From assembly GCA_003159675.1 (NCBI GenBank), contig PLQC01000040.1:34087-84078 (forward strand): a stretch of 49,992 nucleotides of DNA, given 5' to 3'. The DNA comes from Limisphaerales bacterium (GTDB lineage Bacteria; Verrucomicrobiota; Verrucomicrobiia; Limisphaerales; BOG-1460). This document shows, piece by piece, positions 17,966 through 28,347 of this stretch (positions are counted from its first letter, which is position 1; every line of letters begins with the position of its first letter). Under the pieces are notes generated by a model that ran no database searches, was not told the origin of the DNA, and worked only from the letters and a program-made list of their open reading frames with translations. The position numbers and the translations under genes were made by a program.

Positions 17966-19318
17966 ATGGAAAGCGCTCCCCATACTTCCTCCGCCCCGGA
18001 TGCCGCGGAACGCGCCCGCTGGGTTCACAGCCATTTGCCGCCTCAGGGGCTCTTCGCCGGCCACCAATGGCGCATCTCCCCCACTCCCTTCCGACTCGGA
18101 CCGAAGCTGGCCAAAGACCTGGACTCGCTCGGACGCGCGCTGTTGCAGTTCTATCGCGCGGTCAATCTCCTCTATCGCAAGAGTGTGGAAGGCAAGCAAC
18201 CCGAATGGATCGCCCGGTGGCTGAATATCGGCAAACCGCGAGAGCTGATCGAGCTGCAGGGTTCGGCCGCCTGGAAAAATGAAGTGCCGCGAGTGATCCG
18301 GCCTGACCTGCTCATCACCGAACAGGGCATCAGCGCAACGGAACTGGATTCGGTGCCCGGCGGCATCGGGTTGACGGCCTGGTTGAACCGGATGTACTCC
18401 ACGCGAGAGGCGGACGGCGACTCGTTCGAAGTCATTGGAGGCCCCGACGGAATGGTGCGCGGGTTCGAGTCCATTTTTGGCGACGCCGCGCACGTCCACA
18501 TCATCGTGTCGGAAGAGGCGGCCACCTACCGTCCCGAGATGGAATGGCTGGCGGGACAAATCCAAGGATCGAGATTCAAGGTTCAGCCCCAGACGTTCGG
18601 AGATTTCGCCGACGGCGACGCGGTTTACCGCTTTTTCGAACTGTTCGATGCACCCAACGTGCCGAACGCGGCGAGGATTTTTGAACTTGGCTCAGCCGGC
18701 CGGATTCGGCTGACGCCTCCGCCGAAGCCGATTTTTGAGGAAAAGATGTTGTTTGCGTTGTTGTGGAACCGCAATCTCCAGGGCTTCTGGCGACAGGAAC
18801 TCGGGGAAGGATTCTTCAATCGGCTGCTGCAGCTCACGCCCTACACCTGGCTCGTGGATCCGCATCCCCTGCCGCCGCATGCGGCGATTCCGGAGCTGAA
18901 CCTCACCGACTGGCATCAGCTCAAGACGCTGTCGCAAAAACAGCGCGATCTGGTCTTGAAGGTCTCGGGCTTCTCCGAACACGCATGGGGAGCCCGCGGC
19001 GTTTACATCGGCAGCGATCTCTCCCACGCGGACTGGTCGGCGGCGGTGGACCAGGCGGTGGCCGCGTTTGGCAGCTCGCCGTTCGTCCTGCAGCGTTACG
19101 AGAAGCCTGTTCTTGTGGAAGCCGCGTGGTTTGACTTCGATCGCAACCAATTGGTGCCGATGAAGGCGCGCGCGCGTCTGTGCCCTTACTACTTTGTGGC
19201 GGGAGAGGGCGATGCGGCCCGCGCGCAATTGGGCGGTGTGCTGGCCACCCTGTGTCCGCCGGACAAAAAAATTGTTCATGGCATGCCCGAAGCCATCTTT
19301 GCGCCCTGCTCGATCTGA
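17966..19318 (+). CDS. Conserved hypothetical protein, ATP-grasp-like
   Basis: RPDLL, TELDSVPGGIG, LVLKVSG and RLCPYY resemble circularly permuted ATP-grasp ligases; ATG 17966 avoids overlap with proA. Confidence 0.75.
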   Translation: MESAPHTSSAPDAAERARWVHSHLPPQGLFAGHQWRISPTPFRLGPKLAKDLDSLGRALLQFYRAVNLLYRKSVEGKQPEWIARWLNIGKPRELIELQGSAAWKNEVPRVIRPDLLITEQGISATELDSVPGGIGLTAWLNRMYSTREADGDSFEVIGGPDGMVRGFESIFGDAAHVHIIVSEEAATYRPEMEWLAGQIQGSRFKVQPQTFGDFADGDAVYRFFELFDAPNVPNAARIFELGSAGRIRLTPPPKPIFEEKMLFALLWNRNLQGFWRQELGEGFFNRLLQLTPYTWLVDPHPLPPHAAIPELNLTDWHQLKTLSQKQRDLVLKVSGFSEHAWGARGVYIGSDLSHADWSAAVDQAVAAFGSSPFVLQRYEKPVLVEAAWFDFDRNQLVPMKARARLCPYYFVAGEGDAARAQLGGVLATLCPPDKKIVHGMPEAIFAPCSI

Positions 19319-19396
19319 ATTGGGAGACCGAGAATACCGCGCGAAAGCACTTGCGCCGGGGCAAAGCTGGTCCATTATCTTAATCCGCACTTGGAA

Positions 19397-19473
<77 letters not shown>

Positions 19474-19478
19474 TTTTG

Positions 19479-19655
<177 letters not shown>

Positions 19656-19679
19656 CTTTGCGAATCGGAAAACCAGGTC

Positions 19680-19937
19680 ATGGGTAAAACGTATCAGGTT
19701 TACGTTCTTGAGAATTTGACCGGGCAATTCTATATCGGCTTGAGCGAAAACCCTGCTGCCCGCTTGGAACAACACAACACTGGAATCTCCCGATGGACAC
19801 GTCACCGTGGACCATGGGCCTTGGTCTGGCAAAGCAACCGTTTGAGTCTGAGCGACGCTCGCAAACTGGAAAACAAGCTGAAGCGACAGAAAGGTGGCCA
19901 CGGCTTTTATCAACTGACCGGCCTGATCACACAGTCA

Positions 19938-19946
<9 letters not shown>
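19680..19946 (+). CDS. Small GIY-YIG nuclease family protein
   Basis: YQVYVL...FYIGLS...RLEQHN...WT...GPW.LV...ARKLENKLKRQKG. Confidence 0.93.
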
Positions 19947-19996
<50 letters not shown>

Positions 19997-20345
19997 GCAG
20001 CAGCCTACTTAGCTCTGGATCAGGTGGTTGCAACTAAGCCGCACGAGAAGTCTCCGTTCCTGCCACAATCCATCACAACCTACGGCAAGGCCAGAAATGT
20101 GGCGACAAAGTGGCGACAGAATCGGGTTTGTTTTAGCCTGCTCCTCGGTTTCAATAGGGTTCGACAGAAGGCCTTCTGATCTGAGCTTCACCACTGGCCG
20201 GACTGCTCCACCGTTGACCCGCCGCCCGGCTCCGGGGCTTTTGCGTTTAGGATTTGGCGCGTGGAGAATTGCTTGCGACAAGAACGGCCAGCCGCACCGG
20301 ACAAACTTGCCGCACAGACGCCGGAAGCGGCAGCAAAATCTTTTG

Positions 20346-20375
20346 TTGCACCTGTGAGGCAGGTTGTGCTAAAAT
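20346..20375 (+). promoter_or_regulatory. Putative promoter of the phd-vapC operon
   Basis: TTGCAC-N18-TAAAAT with an extended -10 TG. Confidence 0.5.
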
Positions 20376-20410
20376 AGCTAGTGACTGGTCAATTTAACGA
20401 AGGCAAAATT

Positions 20411-20674
20411 ATGGAAAGTGTCACCGCATTGGAAGCCAAGACCCGGTTTGGTCAACTCCTTGAACGGGTTGCCCAAGGCGAAGAGGTCATCATCACCCGG
20501 CACGAAAAACCGGTCGCGCGGCTGGTGCCCGAAGGCCGCCGCAATCTGGAATCCGTGCGCGCGGCGGTCGCTGGACTTTTCGAGTTGCGCCAGCAAATCT
20601 TTCACCGGAACCGGGGGAAACCAAAACTCACCGCGGCGGAAATCAAAGCCTGGATTGGTGAGGGGCGGCGGTGA
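20411..20674 (+). CDS. Phd/YefM family antitoxin
   Basis: EAKTRFGQLLERVAQGEEVIITRHEKPVARLVP. Confidence 0.92.
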   Translation: MESVTALEAKTRFGQLLERVAQGEEVIITRHEKPVARLVPEGRRNLESVRAAVAGLFELRQQIFHRNRGKPKLTAAEIKAWIGEGRR

Positions 20675-21087
20675 GTGCCAGTTTCATCGTGGATGCGTCC
20701 GTCGGATTTGCGTGGGTCTATCAAGGTCAGGCCACCCCCGAAACCGATCAGTTGCTGAATGAAGTAGCCGCCGGGGCCACGGTGATCGTGCCCGCTCTGT
20801 GGTTTTTGGAAATGTCGAATGTCCTCTTGATCGCGCAACGCCGCCACCGGCTGACGGCGATTCAGCGGAAGGCGGCACTGGAAAAATTGACCGCCATGCA
20901 ATTCACGGTGGACGAAGAAGAGGCGCACCATGCCTTCGGTAGAACCAGTGAACTCGCCGAAAAATACGGCCTCACCATCTACGATGCCGCCTACCTTGAA
21001 CTGGCGTTGCGCCGTTCACTGCCGCTCGCATCCCGTGATGAAACCTTGAGAAACGCCGCCAAGCAATGCGGCCTTAAAGCCCTCTAA
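20671..21087 (+). CDS. vapC: VapC family PIN-domain toxin
   Basis: FIVDAS, EMSNVL, GLTIYDAAYLELA and LASRD motifs; GTGA overlap with the antitoxin. Confidence 0.92.
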   Translation: MSASFIVDASVGFAWVYQGQATPETDQLLNEVAAGATVIVPALWFLEMSNVLLIAQRRHRLTAIQRKAALEKLTAMQFTVDEEEAHHAFGRTSELAEKYGLTIYDAAYLELALRRSLPLASRDETLRNAAKQCGLKAL

Positions 21088-21199
21088 ATTTGCGTTGCCT
21101 TGCCCCAAAAAATTGGGGGACTCTTGCGGGCGGATCACGCAATACATTTTTCGTTTTCGTTCAGTCAGCCCGTCTCCCTGATGATTTTGCCAGCCACGC

Positions 21200-21530
21200 C
21201 AATGCGGTCCTTCTGATTGGCGGGCGGCGGAAAGCCAAACCGGGACGACCAGCCGTCTCGGTCGAGACCGAAAGATTGGTGCTCCAATTCGCCCGCGAGA
21301 ATCCAGGCTGGGGTTATGATCGCATCGTCGGTGCCCTGGCTAATCTGGGGCATCGCACTGCCGACCAGACCATCGGCAATATTCTAATGCGACACGGCTT
21401 GGGGCCGGCACCCGAGCGCAAACGCCACACCACTTGGACCGAGTTCATTCGCCGGCACAAGGCAGTCCTCTGGGCCACCGACTTCTTCACCGCAGAAGTT
21501 TGGACGTCCACCGGTCTGACCACCTGCTAA
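21200..21530 (+). pseudogene. Internal fragment of an integrase-core (rve) transposase
   Basis: ARENPGWGYDRIVGALANLG...TWTEFIRRH...ATDFFT; truncated on both sides. Confidence 0.8.
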
Positions 21531-21619
21531 GAGCATCGTCACAAAGAACAAGCCACACGAGGCTGATCAAGGCTTGAGCCAAGAGGGCATGCAGTCCAGT
21601 CCGGGCCTTCTAACGTAGC

Positions 21620-22165
21620 CCGGCGCGATTCACCGACTGCCGGTGTACAGAGCGGACCTACCTCAAACAGCTGGTTGAGCGCGGCGATCTGCTGAAGACC
21701 GGCCGGGGGCTTTACGTCCAGACCGATGCGCCGATGACCGAAAACCATTCGCTGGCAGAAGCGGCCAAACGCTCGCCGAAAGGCGTGATCTGCCTGGTAT
21801 CCGCCCTCCGTTTTCATGGCCTTACCACCGAGAATCCCGCCGAGGTCTGGATGGCGATTCCACGCGGAACGCGACCGCCAAAATCCACCACCCCGACGCT
21901 GCGCATCGTGACCCTTTCAGGGGAAATGATGACCGAAGGAATCAAACAGCATGTCATCCAACGCGTGTCCGTGCCGGTCTATGGCGTCGCGAAAACGGTG
22001 GCCGACTGTTTCCGTTTTCGCAATCGCATCGGCGTCAACATCGCAGTCGAGGCGCTGCGGGATGCGTGGCGGGACAAAAAAGCCACCTCCGAGGAACTCT
22101 GGCATTACGCCAAGGTCTGCCGGGTGCTCAATGTCATGCGCCCCTATTTCGACAGCCTTGCATGA
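21620..22165 (+). pseudogene. abiEi: Type IV TA antitoxin AbiEi, 5' end disrupted
   Basis: YLKQLVERGDLLKTGRGLY lies in frame upstream of ATG 21734, followed by VICLVSALRFHGLTT and KTVADCFRFRNRIG; no intact start. Confidence 0.8.
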
Positions 22166-22260
22166 AAAATCACGCTGCTTCAGTCCATGCCCGACTGGCC
22201 CAACGCCGGACCAAAACGGGGGAAGATTACAACGTGGTCTTCGAACAGGAATGGGAGATC
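22162..22260 (+). pseudogene. abiEii: N-terminal stub of the AbiEii nucleotidyltransferase toxin
   Basis: ATGA overlap; MKNHAASVHARL is a typical AbiEii start; similarity is lost after ~30 codons. Confidence 0.7.
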
Positions 22261-22395
22261 TCACTTGAATGCCAGCCGATCGGCATTTGGCCAAAGAATG
22301 CCCTAGAAAGTGGCGACAAAGTGGCGACAAACCCGATGGAGTCCCCGATTCCAGGCTTGTCGAGAGCTTGAGAAGCCCGTAAACTCAGGGCGAAT

Positions 22396-22428
22396 CGCGG
22401 GGTGGAGCAGCCCGGTAGCTCGTCAGGC
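22396..22428 (+). repeat. 5' half of tRNA-fMet (33 bp)
   Basis: cgcggggtggagcagcccggtagctcgtcaggc, identical to 19397-19429. Confidence 0.92.
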
Positions 22429-22499
22429 GGCGGCTTGACCCAAGATTTCCCTTCCCTGGCTCCGGATCGCAATGTCGTGCCCCGGCGTGCCGCGCATGC

Positions 22500-22793
22500 A
22501 TGCCCCCATCGGTACGCCAACCCTCGCAGACGCCCGCCCCAGTTTTGATTTCGCTCCCAACCGACACTCGGTCTCCGCTCGTCTTGGAGATTGTTCCTTC
22601 CATCCACGAATTTGGACTCGCGATGGAGTTCTCGCTGCGCACAGGTCCCGAGAACGGCGTTCCGGCGGAAGAATGGAGGATCCATAGCAAAGGCCGGAAT
22701 CTTCTCTTTGAGGACGGCCATACCAAGTGGTATAAAGGTTACTCCACAAACGAGATGACATTCCGCTACGATTGGATTCAGGGCTGGCAATGA
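22500..22793 (+). pseudogene. C-terminal fragment of an H-X9-DG (prepilin-associated) protein
   Basis: HSKGRNLLFEDGH motif; the prepilin N-terminus is absent. Confidence 0.65.
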
Positions 22794-22865
22794 GCGGCTT
22801 TCAATGAATTCGTTCTGGAGCAACCTGTATGATCGATTCAAAGACCGCCGCCAAGGATTTCAAGT

Positions 22866-24404
22866 TCAAGTCGTTGCAGTTTGCAGCGCAGGAATTTTTT
22901 CAGGCTGTTTTTCGGGAGCCGGAGTCAGGCGCGCGCCAAAGCTCACCGGCAATTGGTTCTGCTTCTCCCAAGCCACAATGGCTTTGGCCCAGCCCTCGGC
23001 CAGCAGTTCGCTCAAAATGCTGTAGTCCCTGAGGACGAATGCGCCGGTGCCGGCGGGTGAGGTGACGTCCTCCGTCTTCAGGGAGGACACGCCAAGCTCG
23101 ATGAAACAGCAGCGATGGCCGGGCAGCTTGTGCCGGAAAAGGCAGAGATCGTTTCCGTTGACGGGCGTGATGCGCCACGTCCGTTCGTCGTCTTCCAGCC
23201 GGATGTGCATATTGTCATAGCCGAGTTTGCGGGCGATGAACCCCGTGTCTTCGCAGAGGTTTCCGATGGTTTGACACCGGGTGCCTTCCATGGCGAGCCA
23301 GCGGGTCTGGGCGACGGCATACTGGATCTTGGCGCGCGTGTTCAGGGAATTGCCCAGCACGCGCCCGACGGCAAACCATTCGCGGCTGAAGTTCAACCGG
23401 CCCGCCGTCAGCAGCACCGCCAAAACGGCGCCGCCCAAAATCAGCGGCAGATACTGGCCGCGCCCCCAGAAGGCGAGGAAGCCGAGTCCGAGGAAAAATG
23501 CCGTGAAGGCATAAACGCCCAACACCACGTTTCGCCGCGACAGACCGCTCTCCAGCAGCCGGTGATGGATGTGCCGGCGGTCGGCGCGGAACAAGGGCAG
23601 GCCGCGAAGACCGCGGCGCAGGATGGCCAGTGAGGTGTCCAGAATCGGCAGGGCCAGCACAAACAACGGGGCAATCAACGCCGCCACCACCGTGCCCTTG
23701 TGGGAACTGGCGATGGTGAGGAGTCCAATCAGGAAACCGAGAAAATACGCGCCGCCATCGCCCATGTAGATGCGGGCGGGCGGGAAGTTGAACCGCAGAA
23801 AGGCGAACAAGGCCCCCGCCATGCCGGCGGCCAGGAGCGACACGCAGCCGGTGGCGCCGCCCACCACCGACATCAGCAGCATCAACATCAGGGATATGCC
23901 GCCTGCCAGACCGTCCACGCCGTCAATCAGGTTGATCAGGTTGGTCATGGCCACGAGCCAGAAGACGGTAACCGGCCACGACCAGAATCCGAAATCAATG
24001 ATGTGGCTGGTAAGGGGAATTTTGAAGTGGTTGATGCCGATTCCGAGACAATAGGCGGCGGTGGCGATTATCACCTGGCCCCAAAGTTTCCGTCTGGCCC
24101 CCAAGGCGCGCAGGTCATCCCACAGGCCCAACCCGAACATGGCGAGCGCCGCGCCGACGATGCCTGCGCTTTCCAAGGTTAATGGACGACGTAAAACCGT
24201 CAAAGACAGGATGGCCACGGAAACGAAGGCGGCGGCCAGACCGATGCCGCCCAAGCGCGAAACCGGTGCCCGGTCTGCATGGTGAAATTCGTTCCGCCCC
24301 CCCGTGAATTTGGATTTGGAATGACGCTGCAGCCGCAGTGTCATCAAAATAACGCCAAAGCTGATACCGAACCCCAACAGCCCGCAAATTAAGAACTGCC
24401 CCAT
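22866..24404 (-). CDS. WecA/MraY-family undecaprenyl-phosphate GlcNAc-1-P transferase with C-terminal extension
   Basis: GLWDD, NLIDGVDGL, FNFPPARIYMGDGG, ADRRHIHHRL. Confidence 0.92.
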   Translation of the reverse strand: MGQFLICGLLGFGISFGVILMTLRLQRHSKSKFTGGRNEFHHADRAPVSRLGGIGLAAAFVSVAILSLTVLRRPLTLESAGIVGAALAMFGLGLWDDLRALGARRKLWGQVIIATAAYCLGIGINHFKIPLTSHIIDFGFWSWPVTVFWLVAMTNLINLIDGVDGLAGGISLMLMLLMSVVGGATGCVSLLAAGMAGALFAFLRFNFPPARIYMGDGGAYFLGFLIGLLTIASSHKGTVVAALIAPLFVLALPILDTSLAILRRGLRGLPLFRADRRHIHHRLLESGLSRRNVVLGVYAFTAFFLGLGFLAFWGRGQYLPLILGGAVLAVLLTAGRLNFSREWFAVGRVLGNSLNTRAKIQYAVAQTRWLAMEGTRCQTIGNLCEDTGFIARKLGYDNMHIRLEDDERTWRITPVNGNDLCLFRHKLPGHRCCFIELGVSSLKTEDVTSPAGTGAFVLRDYSILSELLAEGWAKAIVAWEKQNQLPVSFGARLTPAPEKQPEKIPALQTATT

Positions 24405-24624
24405 TATATTTCCGCCTGCCTTCTGCACTGAATATTCTGAATATTCCCGGGTTTTTTAGAAGGCAGAATAATAGGAAGACCGGCGGGGGAAAGCAAGATT
24501 ATTTTTGAAAATAGCTTGACACGAATGACCTGGCGATAAAAGATGTCCTGCTTTCATGGTTTGGCGTGGATATTTTTGCAGGGGCCAAAGTGTGAAGTCC
24601 AATTCAATATAATTCAATATCCAT

Positions 24625-25326
24625 ATGAAGCCTTGGAACTGGAAAATCTGGGTCGTTGCCATTTTGCCTGCCATTACGGTAACGGCGCAAGAGGGATTTG
24701 TTTACGACAACACCACGACAGATACTGGTAACGTGTTGAACTTTCCCAACGGCCAGGAAATCGGCGACCAGATTTTTCTGGCCAATAACACGACGTATCC
24801 CTATTTGAACAGTTTTTCCTTCGAGTATTACAGCCCCAATGCGACCTTCACCGGCACGGTCACGGCCGATGTGCGTTTCTATTTGAATGATGGCTCGATC
24901 TTCAACGGTTACAGTGCGCCAGGCACCATTTTCTACGACACCGGTCAGTTTGCCATTCAAACCCCGCTGTCTGCTGTGGGTCAAAATTCTGCGGTGCTGA
25001 GTTTTTCCCCGGCGGATTTTTCGGGTGGCACTGTCCCGCTAGATCCCAACATGCAGTTGCCCTCCACTTTAACGGTGTCCGTGACGTTCCAAGGATTGTC
25101 CGGAGCCGACCAGGTTGGATTGCCTGTTTTTGCACCGCCGACCGTTGGATACAATTACGGCGACTATTGGTTCAACAATGGAGGCAGTTGGGAATTGCTG
25201 AGCAATAGCGAAAAAGTTAAGTTCGCCATGGAGTTGGACGCCACGGTGCCGGAGCCGGGCACCCTGTGCCTGTCCGCCGTGGGAGCCGCGTTGCTGGCCG
25301 GCTTTGCCAGACGGCGACGGCAATAA
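24625..25326 (+). CDS. PEP-CTERM sorting domain protein
   Basis: Signal peptide and C-terminal VPEPGT-hydrophobic-RRRRQ. Confidence 0.93.
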   Translation: MKPWNWKIWVVAILPAITVTAQEGFVYDNTTTDTGNVLNFPNGQEIGDQIFLANNTTYPYLNSFSFEYYSPNATFTGTVTADVRFYLNDGSIFNGYSAPGTIFYDTGQFAIQTPLSAVGQNSAVLSFSPADFSGGTVPLDPNMQLPSTLTVSVTFQGLSGADQVGLPVFAPPTVGYNYGDYWFNNGGSWELLSNSEKVKFAMELDATVPEPGTLCLSAVGAALLAGFARRRRQ

Positions 25327-25352
25327 TCTCCCATTTCAGAATCCTGGCATTC

Positions 25353-28169
25353 TCACTGCGCCGCCAGCCGGTAGAAAGCGTTACTGTTGGTGGCGGACAA
25401 GGTCAGCACAAAGAACCCGTTGGTAAGCAAAGGCGCGTTGGTGACGGTTGTCCATTGCACCGGCGGGGAGAGGCTGAACGCGCGCTGCAAAACATAACTT
25501 CCGCCGTTGTCATAACTTCCGCCGTTGTTCGTCCAGGAAAGTGAAATCTGCCGGTTGGTCCTGTTCAAGCCGTCCAACTGCAACGGGGGAACAATCAAGA
25601 TCAAGACCGGCACCCACGCCGAAAATTCGGAGGTGTTGTTGGCCGGGTCGGTGGCGGTGGCGGTCACCACCCAGCCTGCCGGGACGGAGACCGGCAGCAA
25701 CACCGTGAAGTTGGACGAGCACGACGCACCCAAAGTCAAATTGGTCTGTCCCAGAAAAACCCGGCCTTCGCCATAGCCAAGCGCGTTGCCGGATGGATTC
25801 GAAAAAAACTGGAGCAGGTAGGTCTTGCCCGCGCCGCTGTCCAGCGTGCCGCGGATTTGGGTCGCAACACCGCTGTAAATATTCGTCAAGACCGGATAAT
25901 TTTGCCCTGCGTTCGCCGCGCCCGCCTGCCCGGTCTCGCAATCCACGTTGGCCGTCACCCCCAACGTGCCCAGATCAATCCCCAGCTCGGCATTGCTGAA
26001 AATGGAATTGCCGCTGATCAAATTGTGCAGGCTGCCGGCGCGGACTCGCACGCCCGAGCGGAGCGCTGTCTGGGCGAACGCAATGTGGTTGCCCGCGCCC
26101 GGCGTCGAACCGCCAATCGTGTTGTTGGTCGCGTTCACATCAAGGTCCACGTTGTGAAAAGTGTTGCCGAGCGCATTGGCCCCGTCCGCCTTGGTGCCGA
26201 TGAAATTTCCCTGAATCGGGTTCCACGAGGCGTTGGTCAGGTAGATGCCATCCACGCCATTGGCTGAAATCAGGTTGCCCGCGCCCGCCGCGCTGCCGCC
26301 GATGAAATTCGTGCCCGCCTGCTGCAGATAAATCCCGTCGTTCACATTGCCCAAGGCCAGGGTGCCGGACGCATCGGTGCCGATGTAATTTCCCTGCAAC
26401 TGATTGCCCGTCGTCCCCGCGCCGGCGAAAAAGACGCCGCCCAGACCGGAGGACGAATTGCCATTCGCCGAAATCACATTGCGCGCCGCGGCGGCTGTCC
26501 CGCCGATTTGATTTCTGGCCGCGCCGGAAATGCCAATGCCGGCGTTGGCGTTGCCCAAGCTGCCCGCGCCGGTGGTATCCAGGCCGATGAGATTGCCTGC
26601 GACAACGTTGCCCGTCACATTCCCGTTTATCCCCACCAGCCACACGCCCTGCTGGCCGTTGCCGGAAATCACATTGCCGCTCCCCGCCGTCACGCCGCCG
26701 ACGACGTTGGAGCAGCCCTGAACGCGGACGCCGGCCAGCGTGTTGGCGACGGCTTTCCGGCCGGTGACATCCGTGCCGATGTAATTTCCGCAAACGATGT
26801 TCAAGATGTCCGTGACCATCAAAATCCCGACGCCGTTGTTAGCGTTGCCGGAAATCACATTGCCCGCGACGGCAACGCTGCCGCCGATGGTGTTCGACGA
26901 AGCGCCGCTGATGGAAATGCCATTGAAGCCGTTGGGCAGCGCGTTGGCGCCTGCCGCCGAAAGGCCGATGATATTGCCTTGAACAAGATTTCCGCTGGCG
27001 CCGCCGGTCAAAAAAATTCCGTCGCGCAGGTTGCCGGAAATCACGTTGCTGGCGCCGATGAGATTTCCACTGGCGGCGGCAATGGTCACGCCGGCATTGC
27101 GATTGCCCAAGGCCAGTTTCCCCGCGGCGTCCGTGCCGATGAAATTCCCCGCGACACTGTTGCTGACGGCGCCCGCGCCGTTCAAAAAGACGCCGTTGGT
27201 TCCGTTGCCGGAAATGACATTGCCGCTGATGGTATTCGACGGCGCGCCGTTCAGGGTGATTCCGTCGTTCGCGTTGCTGACGACGAGGCCGCCGGAATAA
27301 TCCGTGCCGATGTAATTGCCTTGAATGACGTTCCGGCTGGCGCCCGCGCCGTTCAGGAAGACGCCGCTGACTCCGTTGCCGGATAGAAAATTGCGGGCGC
27401 CGACGGTGCCGCCGCCGATGAGGTTTCCGCTGCTCCCGTCAATCGTGACTCCGCTGTTGAGATTGCCCAGCGGGTCCGTGCCCATGGCGCTGATGCCGAT
27501 GTAATTGCCCTGCACGATGTTGCTGCTCGTGTTGTAAATATAAATGCCGGTGTCGTTGCCGCCGGAAATCACATTGCCGTTGCCGGCCTTGTTCCCGCCA
27601 ATCTGGTTGCCCAAGCTTTTCACCCAGATGCCGAAACTGCCATTGCCCCGCGCGAGGGTGCCGGTCGTGTCCGTGCCGATGAAGTTGCCCTGGATGACGT
27701 TCGACACACCGCTCAAGACGATGCCCTGCGCGGGAAAACGGTTGATGGCCAGCCCGAGCACGGTGTTGAACGCGGAGTTCAATTGCAACCCCACGCTGCC
27801 CGCGACGGTGGACGCCCCGTTTAATTCCACCACGGGCGTGCCGGAATATCCCGGTTGCGTGGTGGCGTCAATCGTCACCGGATCGGTCACGGCCGGCAGC
27901 GCGCTTGACAGGTTGATGGTGAAGGGCGCCATGCTGCTGATTTGAAAAGTGATGGTGTCCGGGCCTGAATTCGCGTTGGCATTCAGAATGGCCTGGCGCA
28001 GCGAGCCCGCGCCGCTGTCGGCCGTGGTGGTTACCGTGAAAGTGTCGCCATAAGCCGTGCCGCCATGGAACAGAAAAACAAAAATCATCAGCATCGCCAG
28101 CAACCGTCCGCCTTGGCGCACCGGACGAAACAGGAATTTGATGATGCCCCGCATTTTGACACTGTCCAT
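25353..28169 (-). CDS. Large secreted parallel beta-helix repeat protein
   Basis: DSGAGSLRQAI N-terminal motif, many GNxIGTDxxG/NVISGN repeats, TATD..NNTSEFS and a C-terminal FYRL; start uncertain. Confidence 0.88.
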   Translation of the reverse strand: MDSVKMRGIIKFLFRPVRQGGRLLAMLMIFVFLFHGGTAYGDTFTVTTTADSGAGSLRQAILNANANSGPDTITFQISSMAPFTINLSSALPAVTDPVTIDATTQPGYSGTPVVELNGASTVAGSVGLQLNSAFNTVLGLAINRFPAQGIVLSGVSNVIQGNFIGTDTTGTLARGNGSFGIWVKSLGNQIGGNKAGNGNVISGGNDTGIYIYNTSSNIVQGNYIGISAMGTDPLGNLNSGVTIDGSSGNLIGGGTVGARNFLSGNGVSGVFLNGAGASRNVIQGNYIGTDYSGGLVVSNANDGITLNGAPSNTISGNVISGNGTNGVFLNGAGAVSNSVAGNFIGTDAAGKLALGNRNAGVTIAAASGNLIGASNVISGNLRDGIFLTGGASGNLVQGNIIGLSAAGANALPNGFNGISISGASSNTIGGSVAVAGNVISGNANNGVGILMVTDILNIVCGNYIGTDVTGRKAVANTLAGVRVQGCSNVVGGVTAGSGNVISGNGQQGVWLVGINGNVTGNVVAGNLIGLDTTGAGSLGNANAGIGISGAARNQIGGTAAAARNVISANGNSSSGLGGVFFAGAGTTGNQLQGNYIGTDASGTLALGNVNDGIYLQQAGTNFIGGSAAGAGNLISANGVDGIYLTNASWNPIQGNFIGTKADGANALGNTFHNVDLDVNATNNTIGGSTPGAGNHIAFAQTALRSGVRVRAGSLHNLISGNSIFSNAELGIDLGTLGVTANVDCETGQAGAANAGQNYPVLTNIYSGVATQIRGTLDSGAGKTYLLQFFSNPSGNALGYGEGRVFLGQTNLTLGASCSSNFTVLLPVSVPAGWVVTATATDPANNTSEFSAWVPVLILIVPPLQLDGLNRTNRQISLSWTNNGGSYDNGGSYVLQRAFSLSPPVQWTTVTNAPLLTNGFFVLTLSATNSNAFYRLAAQ

Positions 28170-28297
28170 TGGAAAGATAATTTGGTTCAAAGCTTGCGGC
28201 AAGGTTTTGATTTTTTGAAAGGCGTTTGGCCGGCGTTTTTTGTCCAAACAAACTTTTCTTTCCTGCCAGCCTGCACGCGACTTACCGGACGCCAAAC

Positions 28298-28327
28298 AAA
28301 AAGCCCGTCTTCGACCGAAGACGGGCT
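28298..28327 (-). terminator. Intrinsic terminator
   Basis: agcccgtcttc/gaagacgggct stem followed by a T-run on the minus strand, just after the 28348 stop. Confidence 0.8.
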
Positions 28328-28347
28328 GATCCTTAAAATTGCACAAT

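Noticed and set aside
24560-24580. Sigma54 promoter for the PEP-CTERM gene
   Set aside because: The GG-to-GC spacing does not fit the -24/-12 consensus.
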